DNA of 63,358 nt, filler included, from Choristocarpus tenellus KU-1152 (GCA_964200185.2; 13 parts of 13 records of this genome joined end to end with filler, not necessarily neighbours in it); one strand, 5' to 3'; positions 24,708 through 38,789 are shown, counted from the first letter of the whole stretch. The notes: a model not told the origin generated them from the letters alone. A program made the numbers and translations.

Positions 24708-25620
24708 ATGTCTGACCAAACCGAGATGTACGATACACAGAGAGATGGGACCACTTCAATCCCAATTCCAATTCCAATTCCACCAGCAAAGAGAAAATCT
24801 CCACAAGGAAAGGGAAGAAGAAAGCAACTACCAGCACTGTAACTGGAGGAGGTAGAGAGGGGGATACTACTAACACCCAACCTCTACTAGCTCCTGTGTC
24901 TATACCTATAGACAAAGGCACCCCTGGCGGCTTGCTTGGGTAGGAAGGGGTGACAGAGCAGAGGCTGGGGGAAGGCCCTGTGCGTAATCCGGACCTGAAC
25001 CGGTTTAGTGTGCTGGCAGAAGACCACGAGGAGACGGGCGGAGGCAGTATGATGGAGACGTTCGACTTCCGGACATACATGGATCGGCACCTTGTCTAAG
25101 CCAAGAAAATTGTTGATGAGGTGATTGGTGGTACTCCTCATACCAGGGAGTAGTAACGGCGACCATGCAGACCTTAACCATGAATATGAGTGCACGGAAT
25201 CCGGAATCCAATCATTTTCCACCCCTGAAGCATTCATTTCAAGTCACTTAGTCATTAAGTACCCATCCCACAAAGACTTGGCCCCCATGCGTTTTTTGGG
25301 ATGTACAAAAACAAGTTTTCCCTCCAGTGTCCAATTTCGGAAGGTTGTTCACTACTTTCAAGAGTCGTGTCGGCGCCATTGCTATGGTAAACCGCCAATC
25401 TGTTGGTGCAGCCTGCATAACCATGTATGATCAGATCTTGGACGACATGTGTATGCCACTCTTTAAACATCAGATCCCTAGAGGAACTAGCCCGGACCTG
25501 GCAAGCGTTCACTCTTTTTATGAAACCCTGAATGTCTCGTCATGGGTAGGTTTTGTCACTGGCAGCCTTACGGAAATTTCGGTGCCTAATCCTTTAGATA
25601 CAACCTTCCGAAACATGAAT
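24708..25620 (+). pseudogene. Decayed ORF, possibly LINE ORF1
   Basis: Stop-interrupted frame from MSDQTEMY with a basic KRKSPQGKGRRK patch and NRFSVL, a motif common in LINE ORF1 proteins. Confidence 0.3.
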
Positions 25621-25833
25621 TAAATACCGATCAGTCGCTGGATCGCCTTGGTGTCAGGACTAACTGCTCACCTTACAGCTACATCACTTCCGTCCCCGGC
25701 GAGTTTAACCTCCAATCAAGACAATAATGAACCTGGCGAGAAACGCACGAGGACCAGTCGGAACTAGGGATACCTTGCAGGGTCCGTTCCCCTGGAACCT
25801 GTAGGGTTAGAAGATTGCAGAACAACTAGGGAC

Positions 25834-26102
25834 TTGCGTTCGATTAGACTCTTCCAACTCTGTCAGACAGTTACTGTCAAATATGTATGGAGTAAGAGAA
25901 CAATCATTAGTGGTTGAGTTGTCAGAATCTTTTACTAGTGATAGTTGTATGAGAAAAGTTCTCATATAAAAGGAAATAGTTCTGATTTTATGGGGTGCTG
26001 CATGCCCCACTTAGCTTTAATGAATCACTCTACAGACATCAAGCAATCTCGCTCGGTTTATCACCTTTATCCTCTTCGATGATTTGGGCGATACTTTAAC
26101 AC
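25834..26102 (-). mobile_element. Repeat family D, second copy (terminus GTGTTAAAGTATCGCCC on the minus strand)
   Basis: Reverse complement of 16650-16919. Confidence 0.7.
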
Positions 26103-26254
26103 AATATATTGAACCTTAGGTTTCTAACCCATCATTTCATAATGTCTACACGAGGAGATGCGATTCTACCTTTTCCTGCCAAGGGTCGATCTATTCAAGA
26201 ATCGCAGGAACCTGTTCCTGCCGAGGGCCCATCTGTGCAAGAATTCCGACAGCT

Positions 26255-27088
26255 ATGGCGATGGTAGCGGATCTGTCAAGAAACGTTGGCAATCTCATGT
26301 TGCAGTCTGATAGAGCCGCCGACGGAAATCGTCCCATCGTCCAGGCTGCTGTACCCAGCACACGGCCCCCAGCTGGGCAAGTACCAGTCGAAGTGGGTCC
26401 TATGGAACCCATGATGAGAGGAAATATCCTAGAGAGGGAAAACAGTTCAGATGCTGTGAGCATCAGAAGTGGGGCGAACCGGAGGTTCGGTTCTTCGAAG
26501 AGCTTGGGGTCAGGCACACATATTGTTTGCCCTAAGACGAAGAGATCAAGGACCCAACCACCGAAACTATTGGACGATTCGGACTACTAGGGCTGGCGGA
26601 GGCATTTCATCGTGCATTGCCGATATACCTACTGCTTGCGTGCATTGACAAGTGAAATATCAGTCAACCAAGAATGATCCTACGAGGAACTTGTCTTGGA
26701 CGGCTTCAGTGCGAATGATATCTGGATGGCCAAAGAGGCTTGCCATGCACTTACTGTTGCTCTCGCCGTACCCACCACCAGGGCGCTGTGCTATACGCAT
26801 CAAAGTCCGAGCGAGCTTTTCCGAGCAATAGATGATTGGTTCATGCCTAATACAGTGGGTAAAAGCCAATATTTGTTCCGTGAGTTTTTCACTTCAAAGG
26901 TGGAGAAGGAGGTGAATCCGATCCTGACCTTAAACCACTTGGAAGAGCTACGGGGGAGGATGTTATCAGTGGACCTGGTCATCTCAGACAAGCTGCTGCT
27001 CCTACAGTTTCTGGGTCAACGTATCTGGGGGGGGGGGAAAGATGCCTTTGAGGTAAGTGACACTGAGAAAATAAGTCGTATTCAATAA
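26255..27088 (+). pseudogene. Ty1/Copia gag, degenerate
   Basis: PPKLLDDSDY*GWRRHF ... QSPSELFRAIDDWFMPNTVGKSQYLFREFF...NPILTLNHLEELRGRM is UBN2-like; internal stop and frameshift. Confidence 0.7.
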
Positions 27089-27240
27089 AATGTAAGGGAG
27101 ATTATGCNNNNNNNNNNNNNNNNNNNNNNNNNNNNNNNNNNNNNNNNNNNNTTAATTAATTAANNNNNNNNNNNNNNNNNNNNNNNNNNNNNNNNNNNNN
27201 NNNNNNNCCACCACCGCCCCCCCCCCCCCCCCCCCCCCCC

Positions 27241-28936
27241 TCCTCCTCCCCCTCCTCCTCCTCCTCCTCCTCCTCCTCGTCCTCCTCCTCCTCCTCCTCC
27301 TCCTCCTCGTCCTCCTCCTCCTCCTCCTCTCCAGTTTCCTTTACCTTATAGAACGCTTTCAGTTGGTTCTTTGCATGGGTAGAGGACCTTTTCGTCTTCC
27401 TACCATACTTGTCAACAGGCGCTGTCCAGGGGGAGAGTTTGAGGAGGTGATAGTAATAGTAATAGTCAGGAGGCTTGTCATGCCAACATTCACACTACTC
27501 CGTAGACCTTCACACCTTGGACGACAAGTCACTTTCACAACACTATGATATCACTTGTTCTGCCAAATTTGATGAGTGTCTTGGACTGGTGTGTTTCTTC
27601 TGCACTATATATTGTTTCATTAATCTGTTTGTCTCCAGTCTCACAGGCATCACATGGTGTTGAGTACTAAGTGTTATTTTATTCCACGGTGTCAAGTACT
27701 TGGAAAGTGCATGTATTTCAGGGGGTCGGCCTGGGGGGGCAGTGGGGAGACTCTTCTTTGGATTGGTGTTAATCCTGCGTTCAAGTAAGGGGGCAGGTGG
27801 ATGTGTGCCATCTACTTGGCGATACACTGTGTGTGTGTTCTTTTTAAAGCGTAGCTGAGGCATGGGGTTGATAGTTACAAATCTAGATTTTAAGATGCAG
27901 AATACGCCGACACATGTATGGCATACGTAAGCAAGCTGGAAGGCAATCTTTTATACCAAGATAAGATCGATGTAGAAAGAAAGATGTAGCGATTCAATGG
28001 GAGAGAGCGTAAGGGACACACGAGGGCAGTCGAGGAATGTTGTTGATTGAGAAGAGTACGCGAAAGGGTCCTGGCCATTTGAGGAAGGTATATGGTTCAA
28101 TTTGCAACTAATTGCGCTGACCCGGATACGGGGATATAGGTAGGCTCCCCATCTGGCACATAGTGATTCCATCTAGTGCAGCACCGAGAGTTGATATCGA
28201 GGAAAGGGGTCAAATAATGAGTGCCTGTGTTTATGTGTCCATCTAGGATCTGTTAAAAGCTTCACTCACCAGTGGGAACCTGAAAGCGAGGATCGGAAAG
28301 GACTGCCGAGAAGCGCTCGTCCAGCTCGACCTTGCGCTCGTCGGGCTTAATTCTTTGAAATGCCTGGAAAGGAAGTTCGTGACCAGGCGGAGGCACGATG
28401 TTAGGGTGATCAGGGTTGTGAATGGGCAATACAAACAAGGGCATTCGGGCAGAGGTGTAGACGGGCTCTAAGAATGGAAGGCAATCGTGAAAGATACCTG
28501 TCAGAAGCAACTCGCAACTAAGAGCACTACATATTCGAATATCAGTATGCTTCTTTACTGTGTGTCATGGTTTCCCACACTCATAGCGTGAGGACGACCG
28601 TGGCGCAAGTCCTGTATCGAAGCAAGGCCAGTTACAGTCCACTTCAAGTACCTAAAATACCTACAAAGTGTCCTTCAGGCCTCGACGAGATCGATTTCGG
28701 TAACCTTCTGCTTTGCCGCCGACCAGACTATTTTTCATACTTGCACATGATCTCTCCATGTGCACTTCATTAGGACCTGGAAGCCGAGGAAGGCCCAGGA
28801 AACGGATCCTCACCGGTGCTGTATGCATTGACTTGAAGCGAGTGTCCGCCACCACTGGCAGGTCGTCCATTGTACCCATAGTCCTGCCCTCCTTCCTCCT
28901 CTTGCCCTTCCCCTTCATTCCCCTTCTTCCAGACAT
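27241..28936 (-). CDS. ESF1: Pre-rRNA processing protein ESF1, 5' part; exons complement(join(<27241..27421,28270..28363,28814..28936))
   Basis: Spliced: MSGRRGMKGKGKRRKEG...DTRFKSMHTAP|AFQRIKPDERKVELDERFSAVLSDPRFQVPT|APVDKYGRKTKRSSTHAKNQLKAFYKVKETGEEEE. Matches ESF1 N-terminal D.RF / KV..D.RF / VDKYGR / L..FY motifs followed by an acidic tract; phases agree. Confidence 0.88.
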
Positions 28937-29706
28937 TCTTTCCTTTGACAATGGTCGTCCACGGTGAATCACGGACGGCAGACGTAGTGAGCAGCAATCC
29001 TGTTTTGAATTGTAGAGTACTTGATGCCACTTGAGGCTGGTGAATATGGCACAGGTCTACAGCACAGAGAGCTTGTGCACTTCACCGGAAGAGAGGGCTA
29101 CTGGTAGCTACTTCACTGTGCACTGCCTCGTGATTGGAGGCAGGCTGAGATTGGTTGCACGACCGACCTGTTGTGGTGCTTGGTGTGAGAGGATTGTTTT
29201 TGTGAGTGGTGATGTGAGGAAAATACCTGTGAAGTTAAATTTCTATCTGCCCTATAAAATTTGGAAATAGGATTGGGATGTAGTTTTGATTTGAATTTTG
29301 TGAGGCTACGTCGAATCAATGGACGGTAACGGTATTTTCATGGGTCTTCTTTGGCGTGTTCTCTAATTCACTATTTAACTTTCCAGTTCCAGAAAAACCT
29401 TGCAAGTGGTCCTGACCATTGACCTTCGACCACTTTATGCATTTCCGTTGTGCACCCTCCTCCCGTCAGCTATAAGGCTATCAAAACGTTGCTTGCATTC
29501 TCTACTACTCCTCGCACGCCTTTCATCAGGTACTTGGAGAAAACTGAAGAGAACATTGTGCGCGTAATTTAGGTCGTCGGCAAAGTATCATCTTGGACTG
29601 TTGTCCATGACCGACACCTATTCGAAACGACAATCTCTTGGCGATTGCTGCTAGGTCGTGCACTCTAAACCATCTCAGGAGTTTGCACGGCCAGATATAC
29701 TAAACA

Positions 29707-30024
29707 ATGTTCAGACCTGGGGGCTTATTCGGTCCGCCTAAGAGGCCTGAGACTCCAGGACAGTCGACTCTCGAAAACATGGGTATTGGTGGGGGCGAGG
29801 GAATGGGCGATGGCAACAAGGGAGGCAAAGGTGGGAAGGACGGGTACAGTGGATCTGGTTTTGATCCAACGGGACTGGAGCGTGCTGCAAAGGCAGCAAA
29901 AGTGTTGGACAACTCGCCCAATGCAAAGCTCTCACTTGAACTTATCCGGCAACAAGAGGCCACGAAGGCAGAGGACCACAAGCAAAAGGCTGCAGAATAT
30001 CAGGCCTACGTCAAGCAGATGGAA
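29707..30024 (+). CDS. ATAD3: Mitochondrial AAA ATPase ATAD3, first exon (DUF3523 region)
   Basis: GFDPTGLERAAKAAKVLDNSPNAKLSLELIRQQEAT is the ATAD3 N-terminal signature; exon ends at a GTGAGT donor at 30025. Confidence 0.92.
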
Positions 30025-30961
30025 GTGAGTTGTCACTTTTCGTTTCTCTGTCCGCCCTTGTCGAAACTCCCTTAAAGTGCCTTTTGGTGTTTGGACAGAG
30101 GAGGCCAGGTGTGATGACTTTCTCTGTTTTGCCAACTTCGATCAATAGTGCGATCCGTCGTGAGTATTGGAAGGCGATGGGCAAATTGTTGGTGGAGTTG
30201 AAGAATTAGGTTGAATAGTCTCAGCTGATCGTGCGTCAATCGACCTCGCTAGAAGACAGACAGATAGGTCGAGAAATGTCATCCTATCTTTCAAAGTGAA
30301 TCCTCGTTACCATATAGATGATGCAGGGACCACCTCAACTCATGGATGAAATGCCGCAGTCTACTACATGAATGCCGAAATATGCGCGACCTACTATAGT
30401 GAACCTATATGGATGAACCGTAGTCATGAAACGATGTGGTTGCTCGGTATGGCATTAAATGTCACTGTCGTTACCCAAACCTTAAACCACTACTTTCTTT
30501 TTGTTCCCTACATCTGTTTCATTTCACACTACAGTAGTCAAACTCCATCTTGTTATTTTTTTTTATAAAAACCGTTATCCATTCTTACCCCCCTCCACAC
30601 ACCGTGATCAGCGTAGCTCCATGGTATGGTAAGAACCACGGGAGGTAGCGTTGTCATGGTAATCGGCAGGCAATTGGTTGCCTTCACCAAGGAATAGCTA
30701 CACCCTACTTCTGAATATGAAATCCTGGTCCATCCTTCTGAACCCCTGGCCCACTCCAAAAACTGCACTGTTGAAGCCTTTTCTTGTGTGCTTCACAACA
30801 CACTACAAAGGTCTTCTAATTTTCACGTATAGCCCCTGCTCTCTATTTCTTCAAAAATCACTAGTTAGAGCAAACACGCCTCCAACAAACAATGCCCGTA
30901 TCCCCCCCACTACACCCACACACCCCTGTTATCTCCATCTATTGCCCCACTATCCACCCCG

Positions 30962-30999
<38 letters not shown>

Positions 31000-31029
31000 A
31001 TCATATTTGTATTGCATGCATCTCGAAAC

Positions 31030-31089
<60 letters not shown>

Positions 31090-31259
31090 ACNNNNNNNNN
31101 NNNNNNNNNNNNNNNNNNNNNNNNNNNNNNNNNNNTTAATTAATTAANNNNNNNNNNNNNNNNNNNNNNNNNNNNNNNNNNNNNNNNNNNNAAAAATTTG
31201 GTGAAGTTGCAAATTAAATTTGCCAACGCCAAAACCCTTTTTTTTCCAAAGGGGTAACA

Positions 31260-31297
<38 letters not shown>

Positions 31298-31762
31298 CAA
31301 TAGTTTAAACAAAAGACCTACCGAGGTCTATTATTGTCACACCAGCAAACAACCCCCTCTATAAAGGTGCCTACAATGAGCACCAGACAACCACCCACCC
31401 CCCAAAAAATTCAGTGGCAAAGAATAAAAGAACACCCATCAGGAAAAGCACCAGAAGAAGGCATTGCCGACTCTTACCAAATATTCAAACGAACCTCCAA
31501 GGACAAGCACCAACTCGGGTCTTAGGTCGCAGTGCTCATCGCATTTAACTCTTATACACAGTTGTCCTCGGAGGCAAGAGGGAGAGACTCGCTAGGAAAA
31601 ACTAAAATTACAGTTACGCATAGATGCACTAGCTCGAAACGCTCGTACCTAGTCTGTGATAGGCCACCGCTTACCCCAAACAATCACGCTTGCCTTGCTT
31701 ATCTACCTATTGCCTACACTCATGTACATCTGCTCCACCTCTGTTCCCAGTCTCCTACTTGC

Positions 31763-34700
31763 CTATGGATGACTACATAGAACCACATCACTATGATCAC
31801 TGCTACTCAACACATCTGTATCTCCTGCAACAACTAATCCTTGGTGCTCACATCTTCGCTTCATAGAATTATCTGGCTGCGCCCATGACATCAACACCGG
31901 GAGCAATGCAATGCCAGCAAACAATCCCAGAGCAACCATGATGGCAAACAACTTAAATGATTGTGAAATTCGTTGTAATTTTTTTTTCAAGAGCATGCAA
32001 CGTTAGGGCATGGGGCGGGGGGGGAGGGGGAGAGAGAGAGAGAGTCAGTTAACAGATATCACAAGCGTGGGGAAGTGGGGGGGGGGTTAGGTGAGGGGTA
32101 CGAAAGGAGAATCTACACATAGCAAAAAGTATCCCTGCAGTAAATGCTCTACAGGTAGAGTTAAAATAACTGTGGCAGTGGAGTAGCTACAACGTGGGCA
32201 GGGAGGAAAGGATTTTTGTAAAAGACAGAAGGTGGTATCCAAATAATGTTTTATAGGGATTAAACCCAACAATAGTGTGACTAAAGACTTCTTATCAGGC
32301 ACACTACTGTAGTATGACCACAGTCATCAGCTGTGCTACAGCTGGAGGGTTGGGGGCAACACACTTTCTACACCTCTAACAAATTTCAGAAAAAAAGTAG
32401 AGCCTCTCGACACAACCTCTTCCACTATTTTAACCAAAATATTTTTGATTTAATACAATTTTTTCTTCATCAATTACAAAATAAAAATGGGAAAAAACAC
32501 CACCTCAAAGCAAGGATCCCACCCTCAAGCCTCAACCTCAGACCTTTTATACCCACCAAAACACACACCCTAACCCTATAAATGATGCAAAGGACAAGTA
32601 GGAAAAGAGATCATCCCGAATAGATGTTCCTACCATCTTGAAGTAGAAGAGCTCTATTTTTATTTTTTAATTAAAAAAAACAGAAAAAAACACAACCAAA
32701 AACGTTCACACAAATCATCTATCTCCCTAACAACAATAAAAACGATTCCACTATAACCTACTTCCTCTCTACAGCACCAGTCCCAACAGTTTGTGGGTCA
32801 GGCCATGAATGTACAAGATGATATTAACGTCAGTTTCTTGATACTCCTGTGGGGGGGGGGGGGGGAGCCCCCAAAAACCCCCCCGGCAGGGGCCAAAAAA
32901 CCCCACAAAAGGGGGACAAACACTCCACTTNNNNNNNNNNTGTGGGGGCGCCGCAGAGAAAGATCAAAAAATGTAAAGAACTTTTTTTTTTAGTAGCCGG
33001 GGGGGGGGGGGGGGGGGACTCTACCAAAAACCCGCAGTGAGGGTACCTAAAATCCCCACAAAGAGTGACTCAATCTACCTATTCCACACGGCCTGCCACA
33101 AAGCCGCAAGAAACGCCTACCCAATACTATATTTTTCCTCTGTTCAACCTGATGCTGAACAGAAGCAGTAAAAATGCCTTACTGCATCCACCCACCCCTG
33201 TCAATCCCTCCACATTGCACAGCAGTGGCCCTCTCTTTAAAATGAACACCTCGGCACACTGAAGCGTCTCCTCTGCTATGCAAAACTAATTAACAATTCT
33301 TTGATGTTTTCCAAATCCCCCTCCCCCCCACCCCCAACCCCCCCCCTCCCAAAATCGTCCTTCTTCTTCTCCTCTTACCTGGAAGTAGTAGTTGTGGAAG
33401 CTGGGTTCGATGATGAATGGAGACAGAATTACACCACCAAAGACAGCAGATCATAAAAAGAAGTGCGGCATGACCAGCCCCAGCACACCATGATACGTGT
33501 CCATTGCCCATCATATTTAATCCCAATAAACACAGTGTTGTAGGTTGTGAGAGTTTGTAGGTAGGGAGGGGATCAAAAGGGAAGAAGGGAATAGGAGTGT
33601 TAGGGTGGCAAGATCGGTTGATGCAGCTACATCTCCAGGTTGACACAGCTATGTTTCCATTCCTATCTACCCATGATCCAACCACCATGTCATGCAAACC
33701 ATGACATGCCGTACCAACAACCTTTAACGTGCTTACCACAGAGAGGTCAATCTCAATCCTCCCTGCCTCTCTATCAACTCCAATCACTAGAGATTAGGAT
33801 CACTGCATACCCAAAATCAAAAGTGATAACATAAATAAACCTCTACAATGTACCAACAAAATTAAATAAATTGAAGTCCACTACCACGCACACAAAACGA
33901 TGAGACCCAACATAACACACGTAACACACTTAACAACAACAAAAATTGGTGACAGGACACCATTTTTTTAATTATTATTAAATGAGTACATGGCTGTACA
34001 ATACGCCTTGAGAGAAAAAAAGGAAAAAAAAGCATTAGATGTGGACTTACTCATCAACCATTCAGAGGTGAAAAAATAACACCATACCATTCCACAAGCT
34101 ACAAATTATTACTATTTACAAGAACGAGAAACTTCTGAATTAGTCTGAGAAGTTAGCCAGAAAAAAAACAATTATTCTTACAACACATGCAGGTGACAAG
34201 TTCTTGATTATTTTTTCCACAAAATAATGCTCGAGGGAAGTCCTCTTTTGGTCCTCTGATCCCCAAGACTGACTGTACAGTACACCCACAGCAGCAGGCA
34301 ATAGAGTGCTAAATGTACACCTCCATAGACACACACACACACAACACACACACATACACAAACATACATGCACACCAGAAAGGTCACTAGGGTGGTTGCA
34401 TTTTGCTCGTCTCGTACCTCCCCAAATAGTCACAAGGGCCGTACCTTTCAAGAGACTTCAGGAGACAAGAGGAGAACAAGACTATACAATCATCTACCCC
34501 CAAACAGAACAGATGAGTCAGTCATGGTTACCCAAGTGATACCACAAACATTGATCTTTACCCTAACCTTAAACCAACATTGATCTTTACCCGTTCTATC
34601 AGGAGCATGTACCACTTCTATGGTAAGCAAGTTACACAGTGTTCCTTCCCCAGTTCATGCAAAACCCAATCACTCATCTCCCTCTAAGTTTGAACTCACA

Positions 34701-34815
34701 CCTGCCTTTGACATCCCAGGGGTACCAATCAATCCCCAACTGTTTATCAACAATGCCGACATCTTTTGATCCTGCCAGCCCTCCACTACCTTACATCAAC
34801 CACTTCTCATCACCA

Positions 34816-34849
<34 letters not shown>

Positions 34850-37800
34850 TCTGTAAGCCTTCTCAGAGACTTGCCCCAACTGCCTTCTCACCAACAAACT
34901 CCCCACCACACACACCTAACCTGGCACCATACACCTTGCCTGAAAAATCAATGAGGCATCATACACCAACCACCCCTCATCATCATCAAAGAACCAGATA
35001 CTCTCATCCACCCAAACCTGTTCATCACGAATATCTCTGATTCGTCCCCTAAATACTCCAACAACCACAAAACGCATTCATCCATTATACATACCCATAC
35101 TCCCCCGGTCACCACCCCCACACACCCCACACACCCCACCCCTCATGAGATTCAATCCAATTTATGGAGCACGTACAAATGGAATTTTGAGAAGGCCAGA
35201 GGGAGAACAGCCAAAAAAGTCGTCATTGCTCCTGCAAACGTGGGCCAAAGCAGTTCATCCAATGCCGTTGCCACACGCTCATTGCCTGTACCCGTGGCAA
35301 ACAAGAACGCCCTACCAATATGCGCTGTGAACTCCACCACAAAGCCCATCTTGGTAAGAGTTTTTTTCAGGTGAGGTGAGGTGGGGTGAGGTGGGGGGTG
35401 GGGTGGGGGGGTGGGGGGGGTCAGAGCAGAGCACAGTTAAAAAAAGACCATTGGAGGGTGAAATCCATCGTAACAGTGATGATCTCCACTTGACTGAGTG
35501 ACGGTGAGATAGATAAAAACACATGTACAGCCTGGTGTAATATTGTAGTATTGTTGAGAGGGGATCAATTATAGCGGTTTCGTATAGATATTAATGATAA
35601 TAATAATAATAATAATAATGACAATAAGATCCATAATACATGGGCATGGCGCAAGAACTCAAGCTTGGAGCAAAAAAGGGAAGACGTGACAGGCACAGGT
35701 ATAACACTAAAGAGGTACAGCGGGATAAATAACGTACCACATCCACTTCAATCAAAGCACCTCAAATTCACACCGTTTGAAAAACATTCACACTTCAACA
35801 CTCATGTTCCACTACATGTTCCACTAAAGGTCCTCCATCAAAACCTTTCCTACAAATTGATTGGCGAGTCGCCTTCATCACACGACCACTCACAGTACGT
35901 ACCCTTGAGCTACAAAAAGGATTGATCGCCATCTACACCACTACAAAAACTATCATCGGCCAATCGATCAACACCCCTTACCCTGTTGACGAGCACAGGG
36001 AGACAGAGACCAAGGCAGGCGAGGGGGGACGAGGGTGTGGGGGTTGAGGACAGGCGAGCATAAAACATGGGTAGGCGTTGCCCTCTACTCACCATCACAC
36101 ACAGATTGATGATGCTGAATCCGTTGATGTTCACATTAATTGCTGCCAAGCAACCAAACACCTGTCACAAATGATCAGCCATTGCTTACATTAAAAGCAA
36201 TTTCCAAGAGTGACAAAAGCAGGGGAAATCTGTAATAGAGGCCAAGGAGCCAATCAGAAAGGAGCCAATCAGGAAGAAGCCAAAAACAGCGAGGCAGTCA
36301 GCCGCCCCCTAAAAATAAGAAAAATCAGTAACATGAAAAATTGCACACCATTACAACAGAATTCAAACAGTGCCAAATATTCACAGAACAGTAATAGTAC
36401 CAAAAAGAAACAGTCACGGAATAAACAGAATTGAATTCTACTTTTTTTTAAATAAAAAATAAAAAAACTGCAAAGAAACTACAAGCTACTACACCTCTTC
36501 CGGCAGAACACACTTTTACAAAGGTGACAGTCCCATCCCCCNNNNNNNNNNCCCCCCCACAAAACACCACTAAAAAAAAGGAAACACCCCCCCCCCCCCC
36601 CCCCCCCGCTGTCCACATTACCAGTGGTTTCTGGTGAAGAGAGTTGATATACCTGAAACACAACCAGAATGATGCACATGCATATGAGCAAAGACAACAC
36701 CACGCTCCCCCCGAGTATCCCAACCACGACAGCAACGATCGCCGCACCCATGCCCAAGATGTAAATGAAACTATCCTTGGTGTAGAGGTACTGAGAATAT
36801 AACACAAAGCTGTACGCGGGGGTAAGGAAATGAGAGTGTTTGTATGGGGAGGGGTGGGGGGTGGGGGGGGGATGCTTAAGTAGGCAGTACATTTTTTTTA
36901 TATGCGAGAAAAAACATTTGGTGTTGGTATTGGTGTAGGCGTGTTTCAATACGATAAGTCATCGCACAGCAGCACAACCAGGATCAAAGACACGCCATCC
37001 AGAAAAATAGAAAAACACCACTTTGCCATCAAGGCAATCTGCAAAAACATGTCATACTCAGTAGATCATGCAGTGAAAACAGTGCGGATACTTTTACTTC
37101 CAAAGTTCTGATTACGTATCATGGTTTCACTGTATCAAATGAAAAAAAAACATTGCAGTCATGCCAACCCTTTCCCCCTCAACACCCCCCCCCTCCCCCC
37201 ATTGAACAGTGCCAACATTGAACAATTAATTACGCACCATAACCAAATAAATCACCAAAATGCACCAAATAAAGATTAAAAAAATTGAAGTCACCCGCTA
37301 CTGGACAGACATCGCCAACCAAAACAAGACCAAAGAAGTAACAAAGTCCAATGTCATCAAAAGAAAATACACACGCCTGCATAACCATGACAAAAGACAC
37401 CTCACACCCTCTCCTTTTCCCCTTTTCCCCCTCCCCAGTGACACGGTAAGGATAACATGAATCTCCTAGCGTCTGTACCAACGAACACACCTCCACACCT
37501 CCCTCCGCCCCCCCCCCTCCCCTCACCTCTGCCCATACACAAACCTCCCCGATCAGACAACAACCAAGTGCGGAAAAAGAACAAAACTGNNNNNNNNNNC
37601 TCTCCCAACCAACACACCTCCCCCCCTCCCTCCCCCCCCCCCCCTCCCCTCACCTCTGCCCATACACAAACGTTCCCCCTGTTGAATCTGTATCATCCAC
37701 CGCCTTCCTCATCAACACAATCGCATCCACAATATTATCCACGTCCGCCTTTAAAAAAAAAAAATGCGACGCAACAGACAACAACAACAACAACAAAAAA

Positions 37801-38313
37801 TTACATTTTTTTCTTCCCAGCGGAAAATCCCTCTTAAAAAAATATTATTTTTATTATTAGAGCGTGCACACACCACACCAGTAACATTGGAATACTAGTG
37901 TCAACCAATTTCTAGAATTGTCTCTTGTCTATAAAAGGTGTACCATCTAAAGGTTACTATAACCCATAACCCCCCACCAAAACTACCACCCCAACACATG
38001 AAGGCTGATGGCAGGAGGAGCTTTCTACAAGGAAAACAAGCTATGCTAATACATCACATCCCCCCCCCCCTCCCTGAAAACTCCGCCCCCTCCATCCACC
38101 ATTCAAAACACCCAACATGGTAATCTGATTTTGACCCCTGAACCCCAGCCCAAGTCACAGGACATCATCCGTGATAGGCTGGTAAGGGGGTGTAACAGCA
38201 AACAAGGTACGAGGACCTACTACGTATGAGAGCTCACCTGATTTTGTAGGTAGATGGTCTGTGTACTAGCTGCAATGACGGTGGTGGTTGGATCATATTT
38301 GGAGCACTCCACC
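31763..38313 (-). CDS. NPC1/Patched-family RND-type membrane protein, C-terminal half; exons complement(join(31763..31951,33379..33400,35177..35349,36093..36161,36653..36809,37654..37748,38238..38313))
   Basis: Seven phase-compatible GT-AG exons give ...DNIVDAIVLMRKAVD...TFVYGQSFVLYSQYL...INGFSIINLCVMMGFVVEFTAHIGRAFL...AGAMTTFLAVLPLAFSKFHFFHNYYFQLFAIMVALGLFAGIALLPVLMSW...stop, including the G..VEF..H motif of NPC1/Patched. Confidence 0.9.
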
Positions 38314-38675
38314 CTGTTCCCGTCCCTATCTCCCCCGGAAAGAAATGGCAATCACATTTTATTAAATGGCAACAGTCAAATAAACAGTCCATTATATTTT
38401 ATTAGGAACACATCTATACGAACACATTAAAAAAATATTCTCAAGCATCCGTTCGCCATCCCAAAAAAAAAAAAAAATTATCATTATAATTATATTATTA
38501 TACTGGGTAGGAGGGAGTAGGGAGGGTGGGGTGGGGGGGGGGGGGGGGGGGAGGGCGGGAGAGGAGGAAAGACAANNNNNNNNNNNNNNNNNNNNNNNNN
38601 NNNNNNNNNNNNNNNNNNNTTAATTAATTAANNNNNNNNNNNNNNNNNNNNNNNNNNNNNNNNNNNNNNNNNNNN

Positions 38676-38715
38676 CCCTGGGGTAGCCCCCCCCCCCCCC
38701 AAGATACTTTGACCT
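38676..38715. mobile_element. MITE family B right end at contig start; other B-type ends at 46079-46110, 46293-46313, 54101-54141, 63320-63358
   Basis: C-run-AGATACTTTGACC; 54101-54141 and 63320-63358 are near reverse complements of each other. Confidence 0.8.
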
Positions 38716-38789
38716 GGATTTGACCTTATTTTCTCATGAGCAGTCTTATGTGTTTGGCATACTTGATAACCACGGCACCATATATGAAA

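Noticed and set aside
30960-31091. Poly-Pro and Leu-Ser ORFs
   Set aside because: (CT)n and poly-C at a contig end; low-quality sequence.
32634-32651. Alternative micro-exon LFYFKM
   Set aside because: Poor acceptor context and not needed; 33379-33400 already joins the flanking exons in frame.
37484-37545. Apparent duplicated exon end of the NPC1/Patched-like gene
   Set aside because: It mirrors 37610-37671 across a 10-N gap in low-complexity sequence; most likely a scaffold overlap artefact.
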